Shown here one piece after another: positions 13,571-25,179 of a DNA stretch of 64,000 nucleotides. The stretch's first letter is position 1. Every line of letters begins with the position of its first letter. The DNA is from Mobula hypostoma (Eukaryota): contig NC_086097.1 in assembly GCF_963921235.1 (NCBI RefSeq), positions 19,284,001-19,348,000 of the forward strand, in the 5' to 3' direction. Under the pieces are notes generated by a model. That model was not told where the DNA came from. It saw nothing but the letters and a program-made list of their open reading frames with translations, and did no database searches. The translations under genes were made by a program, and so were the position numbers.

Positions 13571-14216
13571 GTTCTGCAGGGAGATGTCAAGAAGGTCAGT
13601 GGTGAAATTGCATCGACAAGGAGAGGGCAACCTTTAGTAATTTAAACAACAACAAGTAACACTATGATAAGCTCTCTGTGAAATCAGCTGGGCACCAAAC
13701 TTCTCCATAACTCATTGTACAAGTTGAAGCATGTTCAGCTTGAATTACAAAACAGAAAAGAAACAAGAGAACAAACTGCTTCCAGGGAGGCACTGAAGCA
13801 ACAACTCCAATCAGAAGACCTCCAGCACCGGTGACAGACCACAAACAATGGCTCCCTGCTGGGAACAGCGGGGCACACAAAATGCTTTCACCATAATTGA
13901 AAATGGAAAAATAACTGATGGTGCTCAAAATCTAAAATAGGAATGGAAAACTCTGGAAATACAAGAGTCACAGAATTACTAAAGCACAGAAACAGGCTAT
14001 TCGGCCCATCTCATCCATTCTGATCTGATCTTCAGCTGAGTCCCATCTACCTGCACTCTAAACCCCTCCCATCTATGTACCCATTGAAATTTCTCTTAAA
14101 TGATACAGTTGAACCCATATCTACCACTTCCTCTCGCAGCTTGTTCCATGCTTGCACCACCCTCTGAGTGAATTTCCCTCAAGTTCCCCTTAAAAGTTTC
14201 ACCTTCCACCCTAATT

Positions 14217-14296
14217 CACGAATTCCCAACCTCGGGTCCAAGGACCCCTTGCTTATTGGTATTGATCCATGGCATTACAAGGATTGGGAACCCCTT
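14217..14296. mobile_element. hAT-type MITE (80 bp) inside a CR1 fragment
   Basis: Degenerate TIRs cacgaattcccaac / attgggaacccctt; TSD-like ccctaatt/ccctaaac; same family as 32278-32355. Confidence 0.65.
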
Positions 14297-14683
14297 CCCT
14301 AAACCTATGACCTCTAGTTCTATTCTCACCCAACCTGTGGCGAAGAAAAAGACTGCTCCAGTTTCCTCTAATGGATCCAGCTCCAGTTTCCTCCAGCACT
14401 ACAAAGATGTATCGGTTAGTAAATTGTGAGCTAGCCATGTTGACATCAGAAGCACAGCAATGCTTGTAAATTGCCCACTACCCCATCACAATCCTTGCTG
14501 ATTAACACAAAGGATGCATTTCACCGTATACTTCGATGTTTCGCTGTACATGCAACAAGGAAACTTTATATTTAATCTTTATCTCATAAAAGCTTGGACA
14601 TTACATTGATCTTTACAAAATAATGATAAAGTTCTGGTCACCACACTATTGCAAGGATGTTGTTGCACTGGAGGGTGCAGGGG

Positions 14684-15069
14684 CTGTGTACATACATCTA
14701 CTGATGCTTCTGGACACATCTTCAGTGATGTTCCTGGAATCATCGGGTGTTTCGGGTCTTTCAACATCATACAAGCTCCTCCAGGTGGCCCAGCCGGGGC
14801 TGATCAGACCCCAGCTTGTGTCCAGATGGCTAGCTACTCATGACTCCATGGCTCCCCTCTTTTGAGCCACAGCCATCTTGAGGCCCTCTCTGCCGCATCG
14901 ATGGTACTGCGGATGGCTCTCCTCTTCCTCTCTCCCTCGATGCCCAAATTGCTGAAGGCTCTAAATAAAGAACGGGCTATGAATCCCCTACAAGCAACCT
15001 CCACTCCACCTCGCTCTCCATCCAGCCTGCTGACCAGTCCTGCGTACTTGGAGAGCTTCCTTTCAAAGG
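14684..15069 (-). mobile_element. HERO-clade (restriction-like endonuclease) non-LTR retrotransposon 3' end
   Basis: Minus strand reads FERKLSKYAGLVS...VEVACRGFIARSLFRAFSNLGIEGERKRRAIRSTIDAAERASRWLWLKRGEPW, then a 3' UTR. It sits within a CR1 fragment. Confidence 0.8.
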
Positions 15070-15124
15070 GAATTCACCAGGATGTTTGCCTGTATTAGAC
15101 TAATTTTGTTACAGAGAGGTTTAC

Positions 15125-15472
15125 CAGAATCAGGTTTAATATCATGACATATGTCGTGAAATTTGGTAACTTTGCAGCAGCAGATCAATGCAATACATGA
15201 TAACATAGAAAAAAACTGAATTACAGTAAGGATATGTATGTATATCAAATAGTTAAATTAAATAAGTAGTGTAAAAACAGAAATAAAGAAGTAGTGAGGT
15301 AGTGTTCATGGTTTCAATGTCCATTCAGAAATCGGATGGAAGGGGAAGAGAAGCTGTTCTTGAATCACTGAGTGTGTGCCTTCAGGCTTCTGTACCTCCT
15401 ACTTGATGGTAACAGTGAGATGAGAGCAGGTCCTCTGCTAGACGCCGCATTTTTGAGACACCGCTCCTGGAA
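15125..15472 (-). mobile_element. Rex1/Babar LINE 3' end
   Basis: agaatcaggtttaat tail; closely similar to the 3' part of the Rex copy at 61207-62115. Confidence 0.8.
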
Positions 15473-16796
15473 GATAAGACCTTAAGACCATAGGCAATAG
15501 GAGCAGAATTAGGCTGAATCTGCCATTCCATCATGGCTGACCCGGATCCCACTCAATCCCATACACGTGCCTTCTCGCCATATCCTTTGATGCCCTGACC
15601 AATCAGCAAACAATCAAATTTCGTCTTAAATATACCCATGGACTTGGCTTCCAACGCAGTCTGTGGCAGAGCATTCCACAGGTTCACTACTCTCTGGCTA
15701 CAAAAATTCCTCCATACCTCTGTTCTAAAAGGTCACCCCTCAATTTTGAAGCTGCGCACTCTAGTTCTGGCTACCCTCACCAGAGGAAACATCCTCTCCA
15801 CATCCATCTTATCTAGTTCTTTCAACATTCAGTAGGTTTCAATGAGATCTCCCCACGTTCTTCTTAATTCCAGTGAGTACAGGCCCAAAGCTGCTAAACA
15901 CTCCTCAAATATTAACTCCTTCATTCCCAGAATCATCCTTGTGAACCTCCTTTGGACTCTCCAGTGACAACACATCCTTTCTGACTAGTGTCTTATAAAG
16001 CCTGAGCATTATCTCCTTGCTTTTATATTCTATTCCCCTTGAAATAAATGCCACCATTACATTTTCCTTCTTTATCACAGACTCACCCTGTAAATTAACC
16101 TTCTGCGGGTCTTGTATGAGGACTCCCAAGTCCCTCTGCACCTCTGATGTTGGAACCTTCTCATCATTTAGATAATACTCTGCACTATTGTTCCTTTTAC
16201 CAAAGTGCATTATCGTACATTTCCCAACACTGTATTCCATCTACTACTTTTTTTGCCCATTCTTCCAATTTGTCCTAGTCCTGTTGCAATCGCATTGCTT
16301 CCTCAGCACTACCTACCCCTCCACCTATCTTCCTATCATCTGAAAACTTTGCCAGCATGCCATCCATTCCATTATCTAAATCATTGAAAAGTAACGTTCC
16401 CAATATTGACACCTGAGGAACACCACTAGTGACTGGCAGCCAACCAGAAAAGATCCATTTTATTCCCACTCTCTGTCTCGAGGCTGTCAGCCATTTCTCT
16501 ATCCATGCCAGATCTTTCCTGCAATGCCATAGGATTTCCTCTTGTTAAGCACCTTAAGCACCTATCAAACACCTCCTGAAAATCCAAGTAAATGACACCC
16601 ACTGCCTCTCCTTTGTCCACCCTGCTTGTTACTTCTCCAGAGTACTCCAAAAGATTTGTCAGGAAAGACTTCCCTTCACAGAAGCCTTGCTGACTTTGAT
16701 GCTTATTTTATCATTAGTCTCCAAGTACCTCAAAACCTCATCTTTAATAATAGACTCCAACACTTTCCCAACCACTCAGGTTAGGATAACTGGCCC

Positions 16797-19522
16797 ATAT
16801 TCTCAATATTCCTGGACTTCAGTGCTTTAAAAGGGATAGAGAGGGAGGAAAAAGGGGAGGAGGGGTGGCATTACTGGTCGGGGATACTATTACAGCTACA
16901 GAAAGGGTGGGTAATGTAGCAGGATCCTCTTTTGAGTCATTATGGGTGGAAGTCAGGAACAGGAAGGGAGCAGTTACTCTACTGGGGGTATTCTATAGGC
17001 TCCCTGGTAGCAGCAGAGATACAGAGGAGCAGATTGGGAGGCAGATTTTAGAAAGGTGCAAAAAATAACAGGGTTGTTATCATGGGTGACTTTAACTTCC
17101 CTAATATTGATTGGCACCTGATTAGTTCCATGGGTTTAGATGGGGCAGAATTCGTTAAGTGTGTCCAGGAAGGATTCCTGTCACAGTATGTGGACAGGCC
17201 GACCAGGGGGAATGCCATACTAGATCTAGTACTAGGTAATGAACCGGGTCAGGTCACAGATCTCTCAGTGGGTGAGCATCTGGAGGACAATGACCACCGC
17301 TCCCTGGCCTTTATAATTATCATGGAAAAGGATAGAATCAAAGAGGACAGGAAAATTTTTAATTCGGGAAAGGCAAATTATGCGGCTATAAGGTTAGAAC
17401 TTGCGGGTGTGAATTGGGATGATGTTTTTGCTGGGAAATGTACTATGGACATGTGGTCGATGTTTAGAGATCTCTTGCGGGATGTAAGGGATAAATTTGT
17501 CCCAGTGAGGAAGATAAAGAATGGTAGGGTGAAGGAACCATGGGTGACAAGTGAGGTGGAAAATCTAGTCAGGAGGAAGAAGGCAGCATACATGAGGTTT
17601 AGGAAGCAAGGATCAGATGGGTCCATTGAGGAATATAGGAAAGCAAGAAAGGAGCTTAAGAAGGGGCTGAGAAGAGCAAGAAGGGGGCATGAGAAGGCCT
17701 TGGCGAGTAGGGTAAAGGAAAACCCCAAGGCATTCTTCAATTATGTGAAGAAAAAAAGGATGACAGGAGTGAAGGTAGGACCGATTAGAGATAAAGGTGG
17801 GAAGATTTGCCTGGAGGCTGTGGAAGTGAGCGAGGTCCTCAATGAATACTTCTCTTCGGTATTCACCAATGAGAGGGAACTTGATGATGGTGAGGACAAT
17901 ATGAGTGAGGTTGATGTTCTGGAGCATGCTGATATTAAGGGAGAGGAGGTGCTGGAGTTGTTAAAATACATTAGGACAGATAAGTCCCCGGGGCCTGACG
18001 GAATATTCCCCAGGCTGCTCCACGAGGCGAGAGAAGAGATTGCTGAGCCTCTGGCTAGGATCTTTATGTCCTCGTTGTCCACGGGAATGGTACAGGAGGA
18101 TTGGAGGGAGGCGAATGTTGTTCCCTTGTTCAAAAAAGGTAGTAGGGATAGTCCGGATAATTATAGACCAGTGAGCCTTACGTCTGTGGTAGGAAAGCTG
18201 TTGGAAAAGATTCTTAGAGATAGGATCTATAGGCATTTAGAGAATCATGGTCTGATCAGGCACAGTCAGCATGGCTTTGTGAAGGGCAGGTCGTGTCTAA
18301 CAAGCCTGCTAGAGTTCTTTGAGGAGGTGACCAGGCATATAGATGAGGGTAGTGCAGTGGATGTGATCTATATGGATTTTAGTAAGGCATTTGACAAGGT
18401 TCCACACGGTAGGCTTATTCAGGAAGTTAGAAGGCATGGGATCCAGGGAAGTTTGGCCAGGTGGATTCAGAATTGGCTTGCCTGCAGAAGGCAGAGGGTG
18501 GTGGTGGAGGGAGTACATTCAGATTGGAGGATTGTGACTAGTGGTGTCCCACAAAGATCTGTTCTGGGACCTCTACTTTTCGTGATTTTTATTAACGACC
18601 TGGATGTGGGGGTAGAAGGGTGGGTTGGCAAGTTTGCAGATGACGCAAAGGTTGGTGGTGTTGTAGATAGAGTAGAGGATTGTCAAAGATTGCAGAGAGA
18701 CATTGATAGGATGCAGAAGTGGGCTGAGAAGTGGCAGATGGAGTTCAACCCGGAGAAGTGTGAGGTGGTACACTTTGGAAGGACAAACTCCAAGGCAGAG
18801 TACAAAGTAAATGGCAGGATACTTGGTAGTGTGGAGGAGCAGAGGGATCTCGGGGTACATGTCCACAGATCCCTGAAAGTTGCCTCACAGGTGGATAGGG
18901 TAGTTAAGAAAGCTTATGGGGTGTTAGCTTTCATAAGTCGAGGGATAGAGTTTAAGAGTCGCGATGTAATGATGAACTCTATAAAACTCTGGTTAGGCCA
19001 CACTTGGAGTATTGTGTCCAGTTCTGGTCACCTCACTATAGGAAGGATGTGGAAGCATTGGAAAAGGTACAGAGGAGATTTACCAGGATGCTGCCTGGTT
19101 TAGAAAGTATGCATTATGATCAGAGATTAAGGGAGCTAGGGCTTTACTCTTTGGAGAGAAGGAGGATGACAGGAGACATGATAGAGGTGTACAAGATAAT
19201 AAGAGGAATAGATAGAGTGGATAGCCAGCGCCTCTTTCCCAGGGCACCACTGCTCAATACAAGAGGACATGGCTTTAAGGTAAGGGGTGGGAAGTTCAAG
19301 GGGGATATTAGAGGAAGGTTTTTTACTCAGAGAGTGGTTGGTGCGTGGAATGCACTGCCTGAGTCAGTGGTGGAGGCAGATACACTCGTGAAGTTTAAGA
19401 GTCTACTAGACAGTTATATGGAGGAATCTAAGGTGGGGGCTTATATGGGAGGCAGGGTTTGAGGGTCGGCACAACATTGTAGGCTGAAGGGCTTGTACTG
19501 TGCTGTACTATTCTATGTTCTA
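16797..19522 (+). mobile_element. Young, 5'-truncated CR1 (HER1-like) LINE
   Basis: Near-continuous ORF2; 3' UTR ending tattctatgttcta. Confidence 0.95.
16865..19462 (+). pseudogene. CR1 ORF2 (APE endonuclease + reverse transcriptase), two frameshifts
   Basis: ORFs 16865-17068, 17082-19103 (673 aa: GDFN, DFSKAFDKVPH, SGVPQRSVLGP, FADD) and 19004-19462. Confidence 0.93.
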
Positions 19523-20232
19523 TAATTTCCTTTCTTTTACCTTCCTGCCTTCTTAAAGAGTGGAGTGACATTTGCAATCATCCAGTCCTCTGGGACCATG
19601 CCAGAATCAAGTGATTCTTGAAATCATGACCAATGCGCCAATACCTTTTCAGCAACCTCTCTCAGGACTCTGGGATGTAGTCCATCTGGCCCAGGTGATT
19701 TGTCCACCTTAACACTTTTCAGATTGCCTCGTACTCTTCCCTTTGTAATAGCAATGGCACTCACTCCTGCTCCCTTACACTCATCGACCTCTGGCATACA
19801 GCTACTGTCTTCTACAGTGAAGACTGATGCAAAGTACCCATTAAGTTCATCTCCCATTAGTACCTCACCAGCATCATTTTCCGGTGGTCCAATATCAATT
19901 CTCACCTCCCTTTTACCCTTCATATAACGGAAAAACTTTTAGCATCGTGCTTTATGCTATTGGCTAGTTAGCCCTCATTTTTCATCTTTTCCCTTACAGC
20001 ATTTTTAGTTGCCTTTTGTTAGATTTTAAAAGCTTCCCAATCATCCAACATCCCGCTCACTTTTGCTACCTTAAGTGCCCCTTTCTTGGTTTTTATGCAG
20101 TCCTTAACTTCCCTTGTCAGCTACAGTTGTCTACCCCTGCCAATTGAGAACTTCTTCCTCTGTGGGACATACAGTATCTATCTTGCAACTTGTGAACTAC
20201 GTGCAGAAATCTCAGCCTTCTCTGCTCTGCCA

Positions 20233-21095
20233 TCAGAGGGGTGGAGCAGGGTCAAGATGGCGCTAAGTGGTGACTCATTTGTTTTCATCTTTGAAAACAG
20301 CTTTATTTCTATTTTTGATATCTCTTTTTTTCCCTTTTCAGGGTTCTTTTGAAGACCCTTACCTGGAGTTACACTCTAACTTCAGTTCTTTGAGGGAATG
20401 GGACCCACCCTCAGGGCCTCATGACCAGCCGCTTATTGATATCCTAAAGACGCTGCCAGGAAGACCAGTGCGCCTTCAGGGTTCCAGATTTTTGTGTCTT
20501 GGGAGACATGCTGATTCAAGGCCAGTGCCCCTGACTGAGGCATCATGGGAGTACATGGAATATCAGGAGCAGCGGGAGCAGGGGGTTAGCTGCCGGGGGT
20601 CATGTGTCCAGAGACCTGCGTCTTTCAGGGGCCAACTCTCTGGACACAGAGCTCAGGAAAAGCGATGCAACAGACGTTTAACATTGAAAATCAGCAAGTT
20701 GTTTGTTATGTCTCCCCTCTCGCTGTGAAATGGGGGCACCTCTTTTTCCTTTATTAATGAGAGATGGAGCCTGTGGTATTTCGAATTACTGGGTAAAAGT
20801 GTAGTTTTTGGGGTACTGCAAGTCTGTGTCTTTATTGATGCTTTGCTGCATGCATATGTGCTCAGTGGAGGGTGCTGATGCTTTTTTTGCCGGTGGGGGA
20901 GGTAGGTCATTGCCTTGCTGCTAATTGTGCATGGGAGGGGGGAAGCTGGGGGTTGCTTTGGGCTTCTAACGTTTGGCTGTCATTCATTCTTTGGGACACT
21001 CCTCTGTTTTCGTGGATTTTGCAAAGAAAGAGCTTTTCAGGATGTATATTATATACATTTCTCTGACATTAAATGTACCTCTTGAAACCTATTGA
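20233..21095 (+). mobile_element. Non-coding, non-autonomous retroposon (aagatggcg head, LINE-like tail)
   Basis: Insertion in CR1. Starts ...ggtcaagatggcgc and ends ctctgacattaaatgtacctcttgaaacc. An inverted element with similar ends lies at 40175-40942. Confidence 0.55.
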
Positions 21096-22704
21096 AACCA
21101 GCATCCTCCTCCAATCCACCTGGGCAAGCTCTTCTCTCATGCCTCTGTAATACCCTTTATTCCACTGCGATACTGATACATGTGAGTTATGCTTCTCCCT
21201 CTCAAAATGCTGTGTGTATTCAATCATATTATGATCACTGCCTCCAAAGGGTTCCTTCACGTTAAACTCCCTAATAAGATCTGGGTTATTGCACAACACC
21301 CAATCAAAGATAGCCTTTCCCCAAGTAGACTCAAGCACAAGCTGCTCTAAATAGCTATCTCATAGGCATTCTACAAGCTCCCTATCTTTCAATCTGACAC
21401 CAACCTGATCTTCCCAATCCCCTAGCATATTGTAGTCTCCCATCACAATTGTGACATTACTCTTATTACATGCCTTCTCCAGCTCCCTTTGCAATCTCAA
21501 ACCCACAACCTGGCTACTATTTGAAGGCCTATATGTGATTCCCATAATGGTTGTTTTACCCTTACAGTTTCTTAACTCCACCCACAAGGATGAAACATTC
21601 TCTGACCCTATGTCACTGCTTTCAAAAAATGTAATTCCATCTGTTACTAACAGAGCCACACCTAAGCCTTCCCACCTGTCCTTTCAATACAAAGTGCATC
21701 CTTGTTAAGCTCCCAGCTATAGCCTTCTTTCACCCGTGACTCAGTGATGTCCACAACATCAAACTGACCAATCTCTAATTGCGCCCCGAGTTCATCCACC
21801 TTATTCCGAATGCCACGTGTATTTATATACAACACTTCCAGTACTGAATTCTTCCCCCTTTTGAATTTTGCCTCTGTGGTACAATTTAACTCTTTGTTCT
21901 GTCTACATTTGTACCCAATCATTGGCTTGGCCTTCCTTACATTCATGTTACATCCATTATGTACTTGTAAACCTGCTGGCTCATCTCAGCTCTACCATAC
22001 TGGTTCCCATCCCCTGCCATATTAGTTTAAACCACTCCCAACAGCTCTAGTAAACCTGCCCCCAAGAATATTGGTCCTCCTCGGATTCAAATGCAACCCG
22101 TTCCATTTGTAAAGGTCAAACCTGCCCCAGAAGAGGTCCCAGTGGTCCAGAAATCTGAATCTCTGCCCCATGCTCCAATTCTTCAGACACACATTTATCT
22201 GCCATCTCATTCCATTCCTATCCTCACTGTTGCGTGGCACAGGCAGCAATCCCGAGATTACTGCCCATGAGGTCTTGCTTCTCAGCTTCCTTCCCAACTC
22301 CCTGTGTTCTTTTTTCAGGACTTCCTCCCCTTTTCCACCTATGTCATTAGTACCAATATTTACCATGACTTCTGGCTACTCACCCTCCCTTTTCAGGATA
22401 TTGTGGACACGTTCAAAAACACCGCAGACCCTGACACCTAGGAGGCAAACTACCATCCATGTTTCCTTTTCGCATCCACAGAATCGTCTATCTGTCCCCC
22501 TAAACTATACAGTCCCCGATTACCACTTCTTCTGTTCCCTGCCCTTCTGAGCCACAGAGCCAGACTCAGTGCCAGAGGCACGGCCTCTTTTGCTTCCCCT
22601 GGATAGATCATCTCCTTCAACTGTACTCAAAATGAGGTGCCTATTATTGAGTGGGACAGCCACAGGGTTGTTCTCCACTATCTGATGTCTTGCAGAGGCT
22701 AATA

Positions 22705-23910
22705 CCCACAGAGATGGAGCTAATTAATTCTATGACTTTCTGTAGCTTCTTCTAATCCTGTGCAATTGCACTGCCCCCCCCCACCATACCAGACAGTGAT
22801 GTGGCCTGACAGAATTCCCTCCATATAACAGTTCTTGAGTGTTTCAGTTGAATTGACTTTATCTCTTACATCCTTCACATACATACATGAGTAAAAATCT
22901 TTACATTACATCTCCATCTAAATGTGCAATGTGCAATGTGCAATCATAGTAATTTATAGTAAATAAAACAGTCAGAGTACACTCGAATCAGTGTGAGTTC
23001 ATCAGTCTGATGGCCTGGTGGAAGAAGCTGTCCCGGAGCCTGCTGGTCCTGGCTTTTATGCTGCGGTACTGTTTCCTGGATGGTAGCAGCTAGAACAGTT
23101 TGTGTTTGGGGTGACTTGGGTCCCCAATGATCCTTTGGGCCCTTTTTACACACCTGTCCTTGTGAGTGTCCTGAATCATGGGAAGTTCACAACTACAGAT
23201 GCACTGGGCTGTCCGCACCACTCTCTGCAGAGTCCTGCGATTGAGGAGAGTGAAGTTCCCATACCAGGCAGTGATGCAGCCAGTCAGGATGCTCTCAATT
23301 GTGCCCCTGTAGAAAGTTCTTGGGATTTGGGGGCCCATACCAAACTTCCTCAACTGTCTGAGGTGAAGGAGGTGCTGTTGTGTCTTTTTCACCACACAGC
23401 TGGTGTGTACAGACCACGTGAGGTCGTCAGTGATGTGGAGGCTGAGGAACTTGAAGTTGTTTACCCTCTCAACCCCAGGTCCATTGATATCAATAGGGGT
23501 TAGTTTTAGTCCATAGGGAATGTTTTAGGTGACATTCTAAATCTCCCCAAACTCCAAATGAAATATAGCCGCTGTTTGCTTTCTTTATAGCTGCATCGAT
23601 ACGTTGAGACCAGGTTAGGCCCTCAGAGATATTAACACCCAGGAACTTGAAACTGTTCACTCTCTGCACTTCTGACCCCTCTATAAGAAACGGTGCGAGT
23701 TCCCTTATCTTACCCTTTCTGAAGTCCACAATCAGCTCTTTGGTCTTACTGACATTGAGTTTGCACTGTCGTTGCTGTGACACCACTCAAACAGCTGACA
23801 TACAGTATCTCACTCCTGTACGCCTTTTCATCACCATCTGAAATTCTGCCAGCAATGGTTGTATCATCAGCAAAGTTATAGATGACATTTGAGCTGTGCC
23901 TAGCCTCACA
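22705..23910 (-). mobile_element. Two nested Rex1/Babar LINE fragments
   Basis: TFYRGTIESILTGCITAWYGN (23090-23395) and LNVSKTKELIVDFRK..FKFLGVNISE (23490-23786). Confidence 0.85.
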
Positions 23911-23914
23911 GCTT

Positions 23915-24510
23915 GTTATAGCTGGGCAGGGGGCAGCTGGGCAGATAATCTCCCACTACCTGTTAAATCCTGTTAAATGCTCCCCATGGCATGTGTCTCA
24001 AATAGTCTTTGATAACCAAGTCCAGCTCCTGCCCTTCACGTGTGGCCTAGCTTCTAAACCCAGCAGAACCATTTCTACTGACAGGAGTAGGAGCAAAGGT
24101 GGGTTACTGGCACCTTAAAACAAGTCATTTCAGGAAAGTGGGCCTGGATAGCCATATTTGCCAGCTCATCTAGGAGAAGGAAAGCTCTGATCTCAAGTTT
24201 CCGCCACCTTGCAGCTATACCCCCTCATGGGGAAGGCTTTGAGAGTAAACCCCAAGGGAAAAATCCAGAGGTGGAATCCCTAAGGCAGTCCAACATTGAG
24301 TTCAATGCTGACTGACAACAAGTGCGATGCTGCTGGTGCCAAACCGTATCAGTCTCTACTGTTCCTTTAGATTCATCAGCTGAGTGGAGAGGGAGAGCCT
24401 GTTGGATGGGCAACAGCTTGCTCTCATATCATACTGCCTTGGCTTGTGTATCACGTGGACAGCTGGGACGCAATGTCCATAGTCAAACCTGAATAATGGA
24501 GCACCTCAAT
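23915..24510 (+). mobile_element. Putative RTE-derived non-coding element (5' UTR-like) with a candidate HDV-like ribozyme
   Basis: Non-coding block between Rex and CR1 fragments. Contains ctaggagaaggaaagctctga, a motif I associate with RTE 5' UTRs, and the pairings described in the findings. Confidence 0.4.
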
Positions 24511-24797
24511 GCTACGGAGAGAGATCGGACAGGCTGCGCCTGTCTCCTCTGGAGCAAAGCGGGCTGAGGGGTGACCCAACAGAAGAATACAAGATTAAGG
24601 GAGTCATAAATAAGGAAGATAGTCAAGAACCTTTTACCCACAATCTAGCTGTCAACCAATTGGGAGACACAAGAGAGTGCAGATACTGTAATCTAGAACA
24701 GCACCCAAAGGTGCTAAAGGAACTCAATGCCAGGAAGCATTAACACAAGAGATTCTGCAGATGCTGGAAATCCAGAGCATCTATGGAAGGGAATAAA

Positions 24798-24838
24798 TAG
24801 TCGACGTTTTGAGGCCAAGATCTTTCATCCGGACTGGA
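24798..24838 (-). ncRNA. Decayed minimal hammerhead ribozyme motif (PLE terminal repeat)
   Basis: Minus strand: ccagtc-CGGATGA-aagatcttggcctc-AAAAC-GTC-gactat; stem I agtc/gact retained. Confidence 0.55.
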
Positions 24839-25179
24839 AGAAAATGGGGAAAAAGCCAATATAAGGAAAGTTCAGTGAAGAGGTGGAGCAAGGGTGGCTC
24901 AGGGTGATCTTTATATTCATCCCTATCTAGGATAGGCAGAGATCATAGTCATAGAGCACTACAGCACAGAATCAGGCTATTTGGCCCATCTAGACCATGC
25001 CAAACTATTATTCTGCCCTCATCCCATCAACCTGTACCCAGACCATGGCCTACCATATCCACCAAGTACTTATCCAGACTTCTCTTAAATGTTGAAATCA
25101 AACCCACATCCATCACTTCCACTGGCAGCTTATTCCACACTCACACAAACCTCTGAGTGAAGAAGTTCCCCCTCATCTT

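Larger units (their letters stand above)
15473..22700 (-). mobile_element. Long decayed CR1 LINE (ORF1 esterase + ORF2), split by insertions at 16797-19522 and 20233-21095
   Basis: ORF1 SGNH-esterase-like VNIGTNDIG..WDLFWGRFDLYKWNGLHLN (22022-22366). Endonuclease YINTRGIRNKVDEL and IVMGDYN. RT KFSDD. 3' tail at 15473. Confidence 0.9.

Noticed and set aside
17378..18866. Antisense ORFs over the CR1 ORF2
   Set aside because: Shadow ORFs of the coding strand with no independent motifs. The same applies to most short ORFs in the track.
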